From Patescibacteria group bacterium (GTDB lineage Bacteria; Patescibacteriota; Microgenomatia; UBA1400; MFAQ01): 64,000 nt of DNA. Positions 48,702-57,801 of the stretch are shown here, one piece after another. Below the pieces are notes generated by a model. That model worked only from the letters and a program-made list of their open reading frames with translations, had not been told where the DNA came from and searched no databases. The position numbers and the translations under genes were made by a program. The DNA lies in the NCBI GenBank assembly GCA_943355005.1, contig CALRDV010000001.1, positions 242,059 through 306,058 of the forward strand. Direction: 5' to 3'. Each line of letters starts with the position of its first letter. Position 1 is the stretch's first letter.

Positions 48702-49289
48702 ATGAACGACGACTACCGAAAGGCCCTAAAAACTCAATTAGACGAAAAAATCTATACTCACTCTCTAGCTCTTGAGGCTTGTATGGGTGGACTTTACGAT
48801 TATTTTCAGTCAAACGGATTACTTAATGAAGATGAACCTCCCAAAGATGATTGGCTTCTCGCCGGCTTAATTCATGACATTGATTACTCGGCCGAATACA
48901 AAGAGGAACATCCGGCGCATACCAAAGAAGTTCTTGCCAAATATGGCTTAGAGCTTTCTAATACTGTGCATCACATCGTTCTTTCCCACGCTCCGGATCT
49001 CACCGGCGTCAAGCCAGTTACCAAAGCCGACTGGTCAATTTTTTGTGCCGACTCTCTTACCGGTTTAATTATGGCGGTTGCCTACGTATATCCCAGTCGC
49101 AAGCTGTCCGATGTCAAAGTCAGCTCCGTCTTAAAAAGATTTCTGAAAGAGCCAAAATTCGCCGCCGGCACTCGCCGTGATGAAGTCGCACTTTGTGCCA
49201 ATCCGAATACTCTAGACCTTTCTCTCGAAAAATTCATCGAAATTTGCTTGGTTTCCATGCAAGGGGTTGCTTCAGACCTGGGTCTGTAA
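48702..49289 (+). CDS. HD-domain phosphohydrolase-like protein
   Basis: An H...HD motif (LIHDIDY). Confidence 0.45.
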   Translation: MNDDYRKALKTQLDEKIYTHSLALEACMGGLYDYFQSNGLLNEDEPPKDDWLLAGLIHDIDYSAEYKEEHPAHTKEVLAKYGLELSNTVHHIVLSHAPDLTGVKPVTKADWSIFCADSLTGLIMAVAYVYPSRKLSDVKVSSVLKRFLKEPKFAAGTRRDEVALCANPNTLDLSLEKFIEICLVSMQGVASDLGL

Positions 49290-50088
49290 GACAATATGGA
49301 AAACCTCCAAAATGGAAAAAACAAAACCGAGCGATAGAAATAATTTTCCGGAACTATTTTCGGTTGATGCTCTAAAGCAGAAACTTCCCTCTCTTCGTGC
49401 CGAATTAATGGAAATAAGTACCAATAGTTATATCCAATCTTTCATAGCTTCACTTACAGACAACGATTTTCTTCTTATGTATTCTGAATGGTTTTTCCGG
49501 AAAAAGACTCAGGATGAAATTATGCAAAACGGTTTTATTTTCGAAATCTTAAGTCAGAGATATGTAAAGTCTGTAGAACAAACTTCTGAAATTGGTGAAT
49601 TTGTTAGGGAATCTATTATGTTTCTGAATCAATCTCAGAACAATCATAAGATGTGGAATGCGGAGAGAAGTAATCCTGATGATATCGGAATTTTGGAAAC
49701 CGAGGATACTATTTTTGTTAATCGAGTTTACGAAAGTAAGATGTCGCTTAAGGCTATGCGTCGCAGCACCTCCCAGCGTGCAGAATCTATGATTACTGTG
49801 AGGTTTATCGTGAATGCGCTAAACGGGTCGGACAACAAGATCAAGACTCGAGCCGGTTGGAAGGTCTTGGTTCAGTCGATGGAAAATATTTTTGGCCGGT
49901 GCGATCTCCCCATCGAGTTATCTACCGATTGTGCCTACTGTTATATTTTGCCGGCGGATCAAAAATATATTCAAAGTCCTTACGAGCCGATAGAGTTCCA
50001 AACCCTAAACATCCCCCTAAGCACTTCACACATCGAAAGGTTACGGTCACTTACTATTGGCTGTTTCGGGAAAAATTTCGGTATATAA
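49267..50088 (+). CDS. Hypothetical protein
   Basis: ORF only. Confidence 0.35.
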   Translation: MLQTWVCKTIWKTSKMEKTKPSDRNNFPELFSVDALKQKLPSLRAELMEISTNSYIQSFIASLTDNDFLLMYSEWFFRKKTQDEIMQNGFIFEILSQRYVKSVEQTSEIGEFVRESIMFLNQSQNNHKMWNAERSNPDDIGILETEDTIFVNRVYESKMSLKAMRRSTSQRAESMITVRFIVNALNGSDNKIKTRAGWKVLVQSMENIFGRCDLPIELSTDCAYCYILPADQKYIQSPYEPIEFQTLNIPLSTSHIERLRSLTIGCFGKNFGI

Positions 50089-50089
50089 T

Positions 50090-50315
50090 GTAGTTACAGG
50101 CAATGGGTGGCTTCCAACCATCCTGCCCCGCCAAGTCGGGGCATGCTTCCCGAGGTCACAATCGGGACGGTTCGGCCCGTCAAAGCTAAATTGAGTATTT
50201 GTTATATGGTGGCAACTATCCCGCCGAGGCGGGGTCCGATAACGCGCAATTCCTTGCGTGTTTTTTTGTAGATAAAGGGAATATTATTAATAAGTAGTAA
50301 TAAAAATAAATAAAA
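50090..50315 (+). promoter_or_regulatory. Structured GC-rich serS leader with a terminal rho-independent terminator (50243-50267): candidate attenuator or T-box-like riboswitch
   Basis: A TATAAT box at 50084-50089. Several GC hairpins sit in an otherwise AT-rich genome. There is a GGUGGCA element about 35 nt before the terminator. The terminator is CGCGCAA-TTCC-TTGCGTG plus T7. Confidence 0.4.
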
Positions 50316-51590
50316 ATGTTAGACATCAACTATATCCGTGAAAACGCAGACCTTGTAAAACTAGCTGCAAAAAATAAAAACCGCAATCCCAACGCTGTCG
50401 ATCAAGCAATTGCCGCCGACACTGAGCGCCGTAAACTCATTGTCACTGTTGAGAGTATTCGCGCCGAAAGAAATAAGCTAAATGAGCAGTTAAAGAAAGG
50501 TCGTAGTCCTGAATTGATCCAAGAATCAACCAAGCTTAAAGCGCAGCTACAAGATCTTGAACCTCAATTACGTAAAATAGAAAAGGATTTTGAGGATTTT
50601 ATGCTTCAAATACCCAATGTCCCATTTGAAGAAGTCCCTGTAGGAAAAGACGAATCAGGAAATCAAACCATTAGAACTTGGGGAGAAATCAAAAAATATG
50701 ATTTCGAACCCAAAAGTCACATCGAAATCGCCAAGAGTTTAGACATCATTGATTTCGATAGGGGTTCTAAGGTTGCCGGTTTCCGAGGCTACTTCCTCAA
50801 AGGGGATGCTGTAATGTTGCAGTTTGCTCTTATGAATTACACATTGCAAAAATTTATATCCAAAGGTTTCACACCCTTCGTTCCCCCGGTAATCCTCAAA
50901 AGACGTAACTTTGTGAATAGTGCACATTTCCCCTGGAGTGAGCAGGATGTCTACAAATTTGTAACCGAAGAAGGTGAGGATGAATACTTCCTTACAGGTA
51001 CCGCCGAGGTCCCTCTGGTTTCGTACTATCAGGACGAAGTATTAAACGAAAAAGATTTTCCCATCAAGATGATAGGCTTTTCTCCTTGTTATCGAAAAGA
51101 AGCCGGTAGTTATGGTAGAGATACTCAGGGAGTCTATCGGGTACATGAATTTGTCAAAACGGAGCAGGTAGTTATCTGTAAAAACGATGCTGAAGAGTCT
51201 CGTCGACTTCATGAGGAAATGTTGTCTTACACCGAAGAGATAGCTCAGGAACTCGGTCTTCCTTATCGCATCCTCCTCATGTGTACCGGAGACATGGGAG
51301 AACCGCAGACCAAAAAATACGACCTTGAAGCCTGGATGCCGGGGCGAAATAATTGGGGTGAGTTAGCTTCCGATTCAATCGTTACAGATTTTCAATCGCG
51401 CCGCGCCAACATTCGCTATCGAGATGCTAATAACGAAATGCAATATGTTTACATGCTAAACAATACCGCCAGCAACTCTCCTAGATGGCTAGTGGCTATA
51501 TTGGAAAATTATCAGCAGGCCGATGGCTCTGTGAAAGTTCCTGCGGTATTAGTTCCATTTATGGGTAAAGATGTCATTAAGCTTGCTTAA
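50316..51590 (+). CDS. serS: Seryl-tRNA synthetase
   Basis: An N-terminal coiled-coil arm and class II motifs (FRGY, GTAEVPL, CYRKEAGS..GVYRVHEF). Confidence 0.95.
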   Translation: MLDINYIRENADLVKLAAKNKNRNPNAVDQAIAADTERRKLIVTVESIRAERNKLNEQLKKGRSPELIQESTKLKAQLQDLEPQLRKIEKDFEDFMLQIPNVPFEEVPVGKDESGNQTIRTWGEIKKYDFEPKSHIEIAKSLDIIDFDRGSKVAGFRGYFLKGDAVMLQFALMNYTLQKFISKGFTPFVPPVILKRRNFVNSAHFPWSEQDVYKFVTEEGEDEYFLTGTAEVPLVSYYQDEVLNEKDFPIKMIGFSPCYRKEAGSYGRDTQGVYRVHEFVKTEQVVICKNDAEESRRLHEEMLSYTEEIAQELGLPYRILLMCTGDMGEPQTKKYDLEAWMPGRNNWGELASDSIVTDFQSRRANIRYRDANNEMQYVYMLNNTASNSPRWLVAILENYQQADGSVKVPAVLVPFMGKDVIKLA

Positions 51591-52632
51591 AAAATTATTA
51601 ATCCTCCTCCCCATAACTCTCTTGGTTGCCGGAGGGGCGGTGTTTGCCTTGTATAAACGTCCAACTCTTTCGTTAATCTCTCCCTTTTCCAAAGGAAAGG
51701 ACCAGTCGGAAAAAATCTCGGCAAAAGTCTCTACTTTTAATCTCGATTTTTCCAAATCAAAGACCCTTACAGCACTGGAAAATGTTCCCAGATATCTGGT
51801 CTACAATCAAGAAACCGGCTTGGTCTACTACAGTAAAGGTACGGAGATAAAGATGTCGCCGGCTTCATTTACTAAGTTGCTTTCCGCTCAAATTGCCTTA
51901 GATTTAATTCCCTTGGACACTCCCATTACCGTTACTGCCAAATCAATTGAGAAAGTTCCAACAGTCCTGGGTTTGAAGGCAGGGGAGATTCTTTCTGCTG
52001 CAGATCTTTTGCGTGGTGCAATTGCAACGAGTGCCAACGATTCTGCTCAAGCACTTGCAGATGGAGCAGCCGAAAAAGCCGGTATTTATTCTTCGGAGTT
52101 TGTTTATTATATGAATAAGAAAGCCGAGCTTTTGGGCATGACTCACTCGCATTTTGCCAATCCGGATGGTTTGGATGAACAAAATCAGTACTCAACACTG
52201 GTAGACATTTCCAGACTGGTTAATAATGTACAAAGAAATTACCCGGATATTTTAGCCGCGGGTAAATCGGACAATCAAGATATTGGTCTGGCTTCCGAAC
52301 ATGGTAAATATTATTTACCAAACTGGAACGGTCTACTGGGCATCTATCCGGGTGTTGATGGTTTAAAAATTGCATACACAGAGGAGGCGGGCTACTCTAC
52401 TATTGTTACAGCTCTTAGAGATGGTATGAAAGTGGTAGCTATTGTTTCGGGAACAGATTCTTATCTGGAGAGGGATAGAGCGGCCGCAGATTTATTGGAT
52501 GCCGCATTTTTGACCAAGGGTCTGCCTCCGGTCCGGGTTAGTACTTTGATGTTAAATAGACGCTATCAAGTCTGGGGAGATCTGGCGCGGAAAATTAGAA
52601 GCGAAATCAAGTCTCTACAGTCAGTCAATTAG
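51571..52632 (+). CDS. D-alanyl-D-alanine carboxypeptidase (S11, PBP5-like)
   Basis: SPASFTK (SxxK), SAND (SxN) and a signal anchor. Confidence 0.8.
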   Translation: MSLSLLKKLLILLPITLLVAGGAVFALYKRPTLSLISPFSKGKDQSEKISAKVSTFNLDFSKSKTLTALENVPRYLVYNQETGLVYYSKGTEIKMSPASFTKLLSAQIALDLIPLDTPITVTAKSIEKVPTVLGLKAGEILSAADLLRGAIATSANDSAQALADGAAEKAGIYSSEFVYYMNKKAELLGMTHSHFANPDGLDEQNQYSTLVDISRLVNNVQRNYPDILAAGKSDNQDIGLASEHGKYYLPNWNGLLGIYPGVDGLKIAYTEEAGYSTIVTALRDGMKVVAIVSGTDSYLERDRAAADLLDAAFLTKGLPPVRVSTLMLNRRYQVWGDLARKIRSEIKSLQSVN

Positions 52633-52633
52633 T

Positions 52634-53263
52634 ATGCCATTACAGCATTTATTCTTCCCCCAAACTCTCAAATTTCCGGACACAAAATATAACAAAAATA
52701 TTTCCATGCGTCGGTATTTTCTTCAGCCAACTCTTTATGTAGATGGGCTCATTGAGTCGGGGGATATCCTTACTCGTATCTGGAAAACTGGTATAAAACG
52801 ATTAATTCCAAGAACTTTTATTCCGAAAAAAATATTGCTGTTGGGTCTGGGTGGTGGCTCAAATACCTTATTGGTCAGCAAGCTTTATCCCAAAGCAGAA
52901 ATCACCGCCGTCGAGATAGATCCTTTTATGAAGGAAGTTGGCGAAAAGTATTTCGGCCTAAAAAAAGTAAAACATCTTCAAATAGTCATCGCCGACGCGC
53001 TTGATTATGTCAACAAGTTTACAGACAAGGATCAATACGATCTTGTACTGGTGGATTGTTTCGAGGGTAAATATATTCCCAAGAAGTTAGAAAACTTAGA
53101 TTTTATGGATAAGTTAAAAAATCATTCGCGCTACACCTTAATCAATCGTATTCATTGGTACGATCATCACGAATCAACCATGAACTTCATTAGACATTTA
53201 AACACTCGTTTTTTCTTCGTCAATGCCTACACTTTATCCAATGTCCTCATTTCCCTCGTATAA
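52634..53263 (+). CDS. Spermidine-synthase-like class I SAM methyltransferase-fold protein
   Basis: LLLGLGGGS and VLVDCF motifs. Confidence 0.45.
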   Translation: MPLQHLFFPQTLKFPDTKYNKNISMRRYFLQPTLYVDGLIESGDILTRIWKTGIKRLIPRTFIPKKILLLGLGGGSNTLLVSKLYPKAEITAVEIDPFMKEVGEKYFGLKKVKHLQIVIADALDYVNKFTDKDQYDLVLVDCFEGKYIPKKLENLDFMDKLKNHSRYTLINRIHWYDHHESTMNFIRHLNTRFFFVNAYTLSNVLISLV

Positions 53264-53370
53264 TTAATGTATGCCTATCAAACGTGTCATTCCCGACCTG
53301 ATCGGGAATCCATCTGGTAATATGTCATATTAGTCATTAATCATTTCATTTAGCTATATAATCAATTGAC

Positions 53371-56028
53371 ATGTTTTCTTTTCTAGATTCAATCCTAAAT
53401 CCCAATAAAATCGAAGTTGAAAAACTGAAGACGATTGTTGCGTCCATCAACTCACTTGAAGACTGGGCCAAAGGGCTCAAGGACGACGAGTTCAAGCCGG
53501 AAATTGCTCAAATCAAAGAAGAGCTGAAAGGTGAAAAAACTCTTGACGATGTTCTTCCTCAAGTTTTCGCCCTTACTCGTGAAGCCTCTGCCCGAACACT
53601 CGGTAAGCGGCTCTATGATGTACAGCTCATGGCCGCCACTGTTTTTCATCAGGGCAAGATCGCCGAACAAAAAACCGGTGAAGGAAAAACTTTATCCGCG
53701 GTTCCCGCCATGGTTCTAAATGCACTCACGGATGAAGGAGCACACTTGGTCACGGTCAACGATTACTTGGCTCGACGTGATGCTGGCTGGAATGGACCGA
53801 TATATCATTTTCTTGGTTTAACTGTCGGCTGTATTTTTTCCGGTCAAGGAGATTTACCGGCCGTCATCTATGACCCCGAATATACCGACTCTTCCCATTC
53901 CGACTCTCGTCTTCAGCACATGAGGCCTGCTACCCGTGCCGAAGCTTATCTCTGCGACATTACCTACGGTACCAATAATGAATTTGGTTTTGATTATCTT
54001 CGCGACAATATGGCGAAGTCTCCGGAGCAGCTTTCTCAGCGTCCTCATCACTTTGCAATTGTCGATGAGGTCGACTCCATTCTTATAGACGAAGCTCGCA
54101 CCCCTCTTATCATTTCTTCACCGGACTCCGAAGCTACCGATCAGTACTACCGTTTTTCGGAGCTTATCAAAGCACTTTCCGGAGATACTGATTTCGAAGT
54201 CGATGAGAAACAGCGTACCGCCAATCTTACCGATCATGGTTTAAGAAAGTTGGAGAAAACTTTAAATGTCGAAAATCTTTATCAGCAGGATTATCAAACT
54301 CTTCATCATTTGGAGCAGGCTTTAAAGGCTAAAACTCTTTTTATCAAAGACAGAGATTATGTGGTGAAAGATGATCAAGTAATTATTGTGGACGATCACA
54401 CAGGTCGTCTTATGTTTGGTCGTCGTTATTCCGACGGCTTACATCAAGCCATCGAAGCCAAAGAAGGTGTGAAGATTCAGCAAGAAAGTCGAACTCTAGC
54501 CACCATTTCACTCCAAAACTATTTCCGTCTTTACAAAAAATTAGCCGGCATGACAGGTACTGCCTCCACCGAAGCCGAAGAATTCAAAAAGATTTACAAC
54601 CTTGATGTCATCATTATCCCCACGAATAAGCCAAATGTCCGCGAAGACTTTACTGACATTGTTTACAAGACTCAGTCCGCCAAATACACCGCCTTGGTCG
54701 CCGAAGTAGCCGAGCTTCATGCCAAGGGTCAGCCCATTCTTATTGGTACCAAATCTATTGAGCAGAATGATGTTGTGGGTCAGTATCTGAAGAAGAAAAG
54801 AATTCCACACCAAGTTCTAAACGCCAAGAACCATGAGAATGAAGCCATGATTATTTCCGAGGCCGGTCGTCTCGGAGCAGTTACTGTTGCTACCAATATC
54901 GCCGGTCGTGGAGTTGATATTGTTCTTGGTGGTGAGACTACCGGACGAGATCTGAAAGAGTGGAAAGCGGAAGCCGATAAAGTTCGCGAAGCTGGCGGTC
55001 TCCATATCATTGGTGCCGTCCGTCACGAATCTCGTCGCATAGACAATCAGCTCCGAGGTCGTTCCGGTCGTCAAGGAGATCCTGGCTCTTCTCGCTTCTA
55101 TATTTCTTTGGAGGACGATATCATGCGCATCTTTGGAGGAGAACAGGTTGGTAAATTGATGGATTTCTTAAAAGTTCCGGACGATCAGCCGCTTGAAGCC
55201 GGCATGGTAAATAGAGCCATCGAAACAGCCCAGACAAAAGTTGAGTCCTTTTACTTTGATCAGCGAAAGCATTTAGTGGATTACGACGATGTCATGAACA
55301 AGCAGCGTAAGATTTTTTACGCCAGACGTCACAATATCCTTGCTGGTGATGCCTCAGTGCCCACTGCCCAAGTTGAGCAAGGTCTCCAAAAAGAAGTTGA
55401 ATATTTATCCGGGATTTATGCCGCCTCCGGCATAGATAAAGTCGAAGCCGACGAGATTATGAAAGGTTTCCAGAGCATTCTTCCTCTAGACCCACGTTCT
55501 GCCGATGCTTTGGAGAAAAATTTAGTCGGGAAGACAGGAGAAGAAGTCCAAGAAATATTGAATAATATTGTTTCTCAAGCCAGAACTTCTCAAAAGGAGC
55601 ATTTTGGAAAAGATGTTGTTCCTCAAGTGGAAAGATACATTCTTTTAGAAACTTACGATGAACTTTGGATGAATCACCTCGATTCTATAGATAATCTAAG
55701 AGATGGTATAGGTCTTCGTGGTTATGCTCAGAAAGATCCGTTGGTGGAATACAAGCAAGAATCTTTCTCCATGTTCGAGAGCTTACTTAATCGGATTGAC
55801 TCCACAGTCGCTCATCGCATCTTCCGGGTTCAGCTCAACGCCCCGGAGACTGCTTCCAGACCCAGACGGACAGTCGAGCAATCATCTTCCAATTCTGCAC
55901 TTCCCGGTTCGCCAAACAATCCACCCCAGACCACCATCGTAAAGGGCAATAAAATTGGCCGAAACGATCCTTGTTGGTGCGGCTCCGGCAAGAAATTCAA
56001 ATCCTGCCACTACCCCAAGCTAGGTTAA
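53371..56028 (+). CDS. secA: Preprotein translocase ATPase SecA (C-terminal zinc-binding CWCGSGKKFKSCH)
   Basis: GEGKTL Walker A, DEVDSILIDEARTPLIIS and the C-terminal Zn finger. Confidence 0.95.
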   Translation: MFSFLDSILNPNKIEVEKLKTIVASINSLEDWAKGLKDDEFKPEIAQIKEELKGEKTLDDVLPQVFALTREASARTLGKRLYDVQLMAATVFHQGKIAEQKTGEGKTLSAVPAMVLNALTDEGAHLVTVNDYLARRDAGWNGPIYHFLGLTVGCIFSGQGDLPAVIYDPEYTDSSHSDSRLQHMRPATRAEAYLCDITYGTNNEFGFDYLRDNMAKSPEQLSQRPHHFAIVDEVDSILIDEARTPLIISSPDSEATDQYYRFSELIKALSGDTDFEVDEKQRTANLTDHGLRKLEKTLNVENLYQQDYQTLHHLEQALKAKTLFIKDRDYVVKDDQVIIVDDHTGRLMFGRRYSDGLHQAIEAKEGVKIQQESRTLATISLQNYFRLYKKLAGMTGTASTEAEEFKKIYNLDVIIIPTNKPNVREDFTDIVYKTQSAKYTALVAEVAELHAKGQPILIGTKSIEQNDVVGQYLKKKRIPHQVLNAKNHENEAMIISEAGRLGAVTVATNIAGRGVDIVLGGETTGRDLKEWKAEADKVREAGGLHIIGAVRHESRRIDNQLRGRSGRQGDPGSSRFYISLEDDIMRIFGGEQVGKLMDFLKVPDDQPLEAGMVNRAIETAQTKVESFYFDQRKHLVDYDDVMNKQRKIFYARRHNILAGDASVPTAQVEQGLQKEVEYLSGIYAASGIDKVEADEIMKGFQSILPLDPRSADALEKNLVGKTGEEVQEILNNIVSQARTSQKEHFGKDVVPQVERYILLETYDELWMNHLDSIDNLRDGIGLRGYAQKDPLVEYKQESFSMFESLLNRIDSTVAHRIFRVQLNAPETASRPRRTVEQSSSNSALPGSPNNPPQTTIVKGNKIGRNDPCWCGSGKKFKSCHYPKLG

Positions 56029-56032
56029 ATAT

Positions 56033-56569
56033 ATGTCTGGAGAAACACTAGATTACTTAACTCTCGAAGAAAAGTTCAATCTACAGGAGTCAGTTTTTGT
56101 GTTTTCTGTGCCTGAACTGGTAAAAGGCTCAAAAGAAGAATTCAGAGATCCCGGAATCGATTTAATTACAAAATTAAAAAAGAGTGGGGTCAAAGTTCTC
56201 ACCCCTAGAGACATAGATTTTTCAAAATTAAAGTCAGATGCGGAGAGAGTTAAGCTCAGGGAAAAACTGGGTGGCATTTTTATCATCCCCTCTGCTGAAA
56301 TGATGAAAGAAAACGAAGACCTGGTCAAATTTTTGTTCGAGGTAAATATTGGGAATATCGGTGGTGTGGACAGAACCATATTTTTTCTAACCGAACATTC
56401 GCAAGCAAAACCACTTGGGTATCTGTCTGAATACAGAGAGTCAATCGTTGTTATGTCTTTAGTGGGTGATGAGGACTATGATTCATATCCGAGAGTTAGA
56501 ATTGCGGGTCAAGAAAAATTCACCAAATTTGTAAACTTTTACAAAGAAAAATGCCTCCAGAATAGGTAA
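56033..56569 (+). CDS. Hypothetical protein
   Basis: ORF. Confidence 0.35.
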   Translation: MSGETLDYLTLEEKFNLQESVFVFSVPELVKGSKEEFRDPGIDLITKLKKSGVKVLTPRDIDFSKLKSDAERVKLREKLGGIFIIPSAEMMKENEDLVKFLFEVNIGNIGGVDRTIFFLTEHSQAKPLGYLSEYRESIVVMSLVGDEDYDSYPRVRIAGQEKFTKFVNFYKEKCLQNR

Positions 56570-57088
56570 TTATTTTTCTAAAATCTTCCTAACTCCCTCC
56601 AAGAAACTTTTCCCTGAATTTATGTCTCCAATTTTGTGAACTCCACCTTTTGCTTTTAAATAATCCTCACTAATTTTGACATGGTCACCAATAACAACTG
56701 TTTTATCTCTAATAAATTTTAGTGGCTTTGCAAGTGTACCCGGAAGTCTGTCAGTATTGTAATCAAATTCGTAAGGTGTATTTTGTAGATTGTAAGCAAT
56801 ATTTATTGGTGCCCCGTACAAGCTAACATCTTTGTCGTCAGGAAGTACTATTAAAATATCAGCATCCATAATATCTTCTCTTAATAGGTTTAATGGTTTG
56901 TTCTTCCTAACATCATCCGCGTACTCAAGAAAACAAACATCTTCAAGTTTTTGTGGTAAAAAATAAAACAGCTTGTCATTTTGTCTTCCGGAAAATATTA
57001 TCACTACCTTTTTATCCTCAAGTAACTTTTCAAGCCCTTTAGCTTCAGCCCAAAAAGACACAATTTCTTTATCATTCAATGTTTCCAT
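56570..57088 (-). CDS. Hypothetical protein
   Basis: ORF. Confidence 0.35.
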   Translation of the reverse strand: METLNDKEIVSFWAEAKGLEKLLEDKKVVIIFSGRQNDKLFYFLPQKLEDVCFLEYADDVRKNKPLNLLREDIMDADILIVLPDDKDVSLYGAPINIAYNLQNTPYEFDYNTDRLPGTLAKPLKFIRDKTVVIGDHVKISEDYLKAKGGVHKIGDINSGKSFLEGVRKILEK

Positions 57089-57801
57089 TATCCCTCTATT
57101 TTATCACAACCTATAGCTTTGTAAATAGAAAGGCTCATGTGGTTGGGCGTATAATTCGACCCATGGGAAATTCAAGATTTGAAACAGATTGTCGTGTAGC
57201 AAGAGAAGATTATTTATCTTCTCTGAAGATTCCCACCTTCAAAGACTCCGGGATGTCCCACATTGGATATCATGAGCTACTAAGAGATCCGGCTCAAAAC
57301 AGACAAGCTCTAGAGAAAATCATCGAAAATTATCTCATGTCATTTGCCATGAATGATTCTTTGGATTTATTACTTGGTCCGGATCCGGACGCCAAAAAGG
57401 GTTCCAATTTCCCCGGGGCAGAGTGGAGAGACAGAACCATAGTCGAAGAACTAATTTATGGATCCAAAAAATTACTGGAAGGAGAATATACACCGTACAA
57501 TCTTCGTTCGGCTTCTTGCCTAATATCCGCTTATTACGATGTGTGTCAGAGAGGTATAGACGAAGCTCTGAGAAACATCGAAGACTCCAGCGTAGATGCC
57601 AAGAAGATAAGAAACAGTATCAGAAGACTAAATGTAGAGTCGAAGGAGCCGGAAACTTTAGAAGAAATTTCGGACAAAATTAGAGAAGTTGAAGGTTGTC
57701 TAACTATCGTAGATTTTAATCACTTCAGATTACTGGAAGATATAGGGAATCTTAAATTGTGTCTTCAAGCATCTCGATTCACCACGACATTGTGCAAGTA
57801 G
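57079..57801 (+). CDS. Hypothetical protein
   Basis: ORF. Confidence 0.3.
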   Translation: MFPLSLYFITTYSFVNRKAHVVGRIIRPMGNSRFETDCRVAREDYLSSLKIPTFKDSGMSHIGYHELLRDPAQNRQALEKIIENYLMSFAMNDSLDLLLGPDPDAKKGSNFPGAEWRDRTIVEELIYGSKKLLEGEYTPYNLRSASCLISAYYDVCQRGIDEALRNIEDSSVDAKKIRNSIRRLNVESKEPETLEEISDKIREVEGCLTIVDFNHFRLLEDIGNLKLCLQASRFTTTLCK

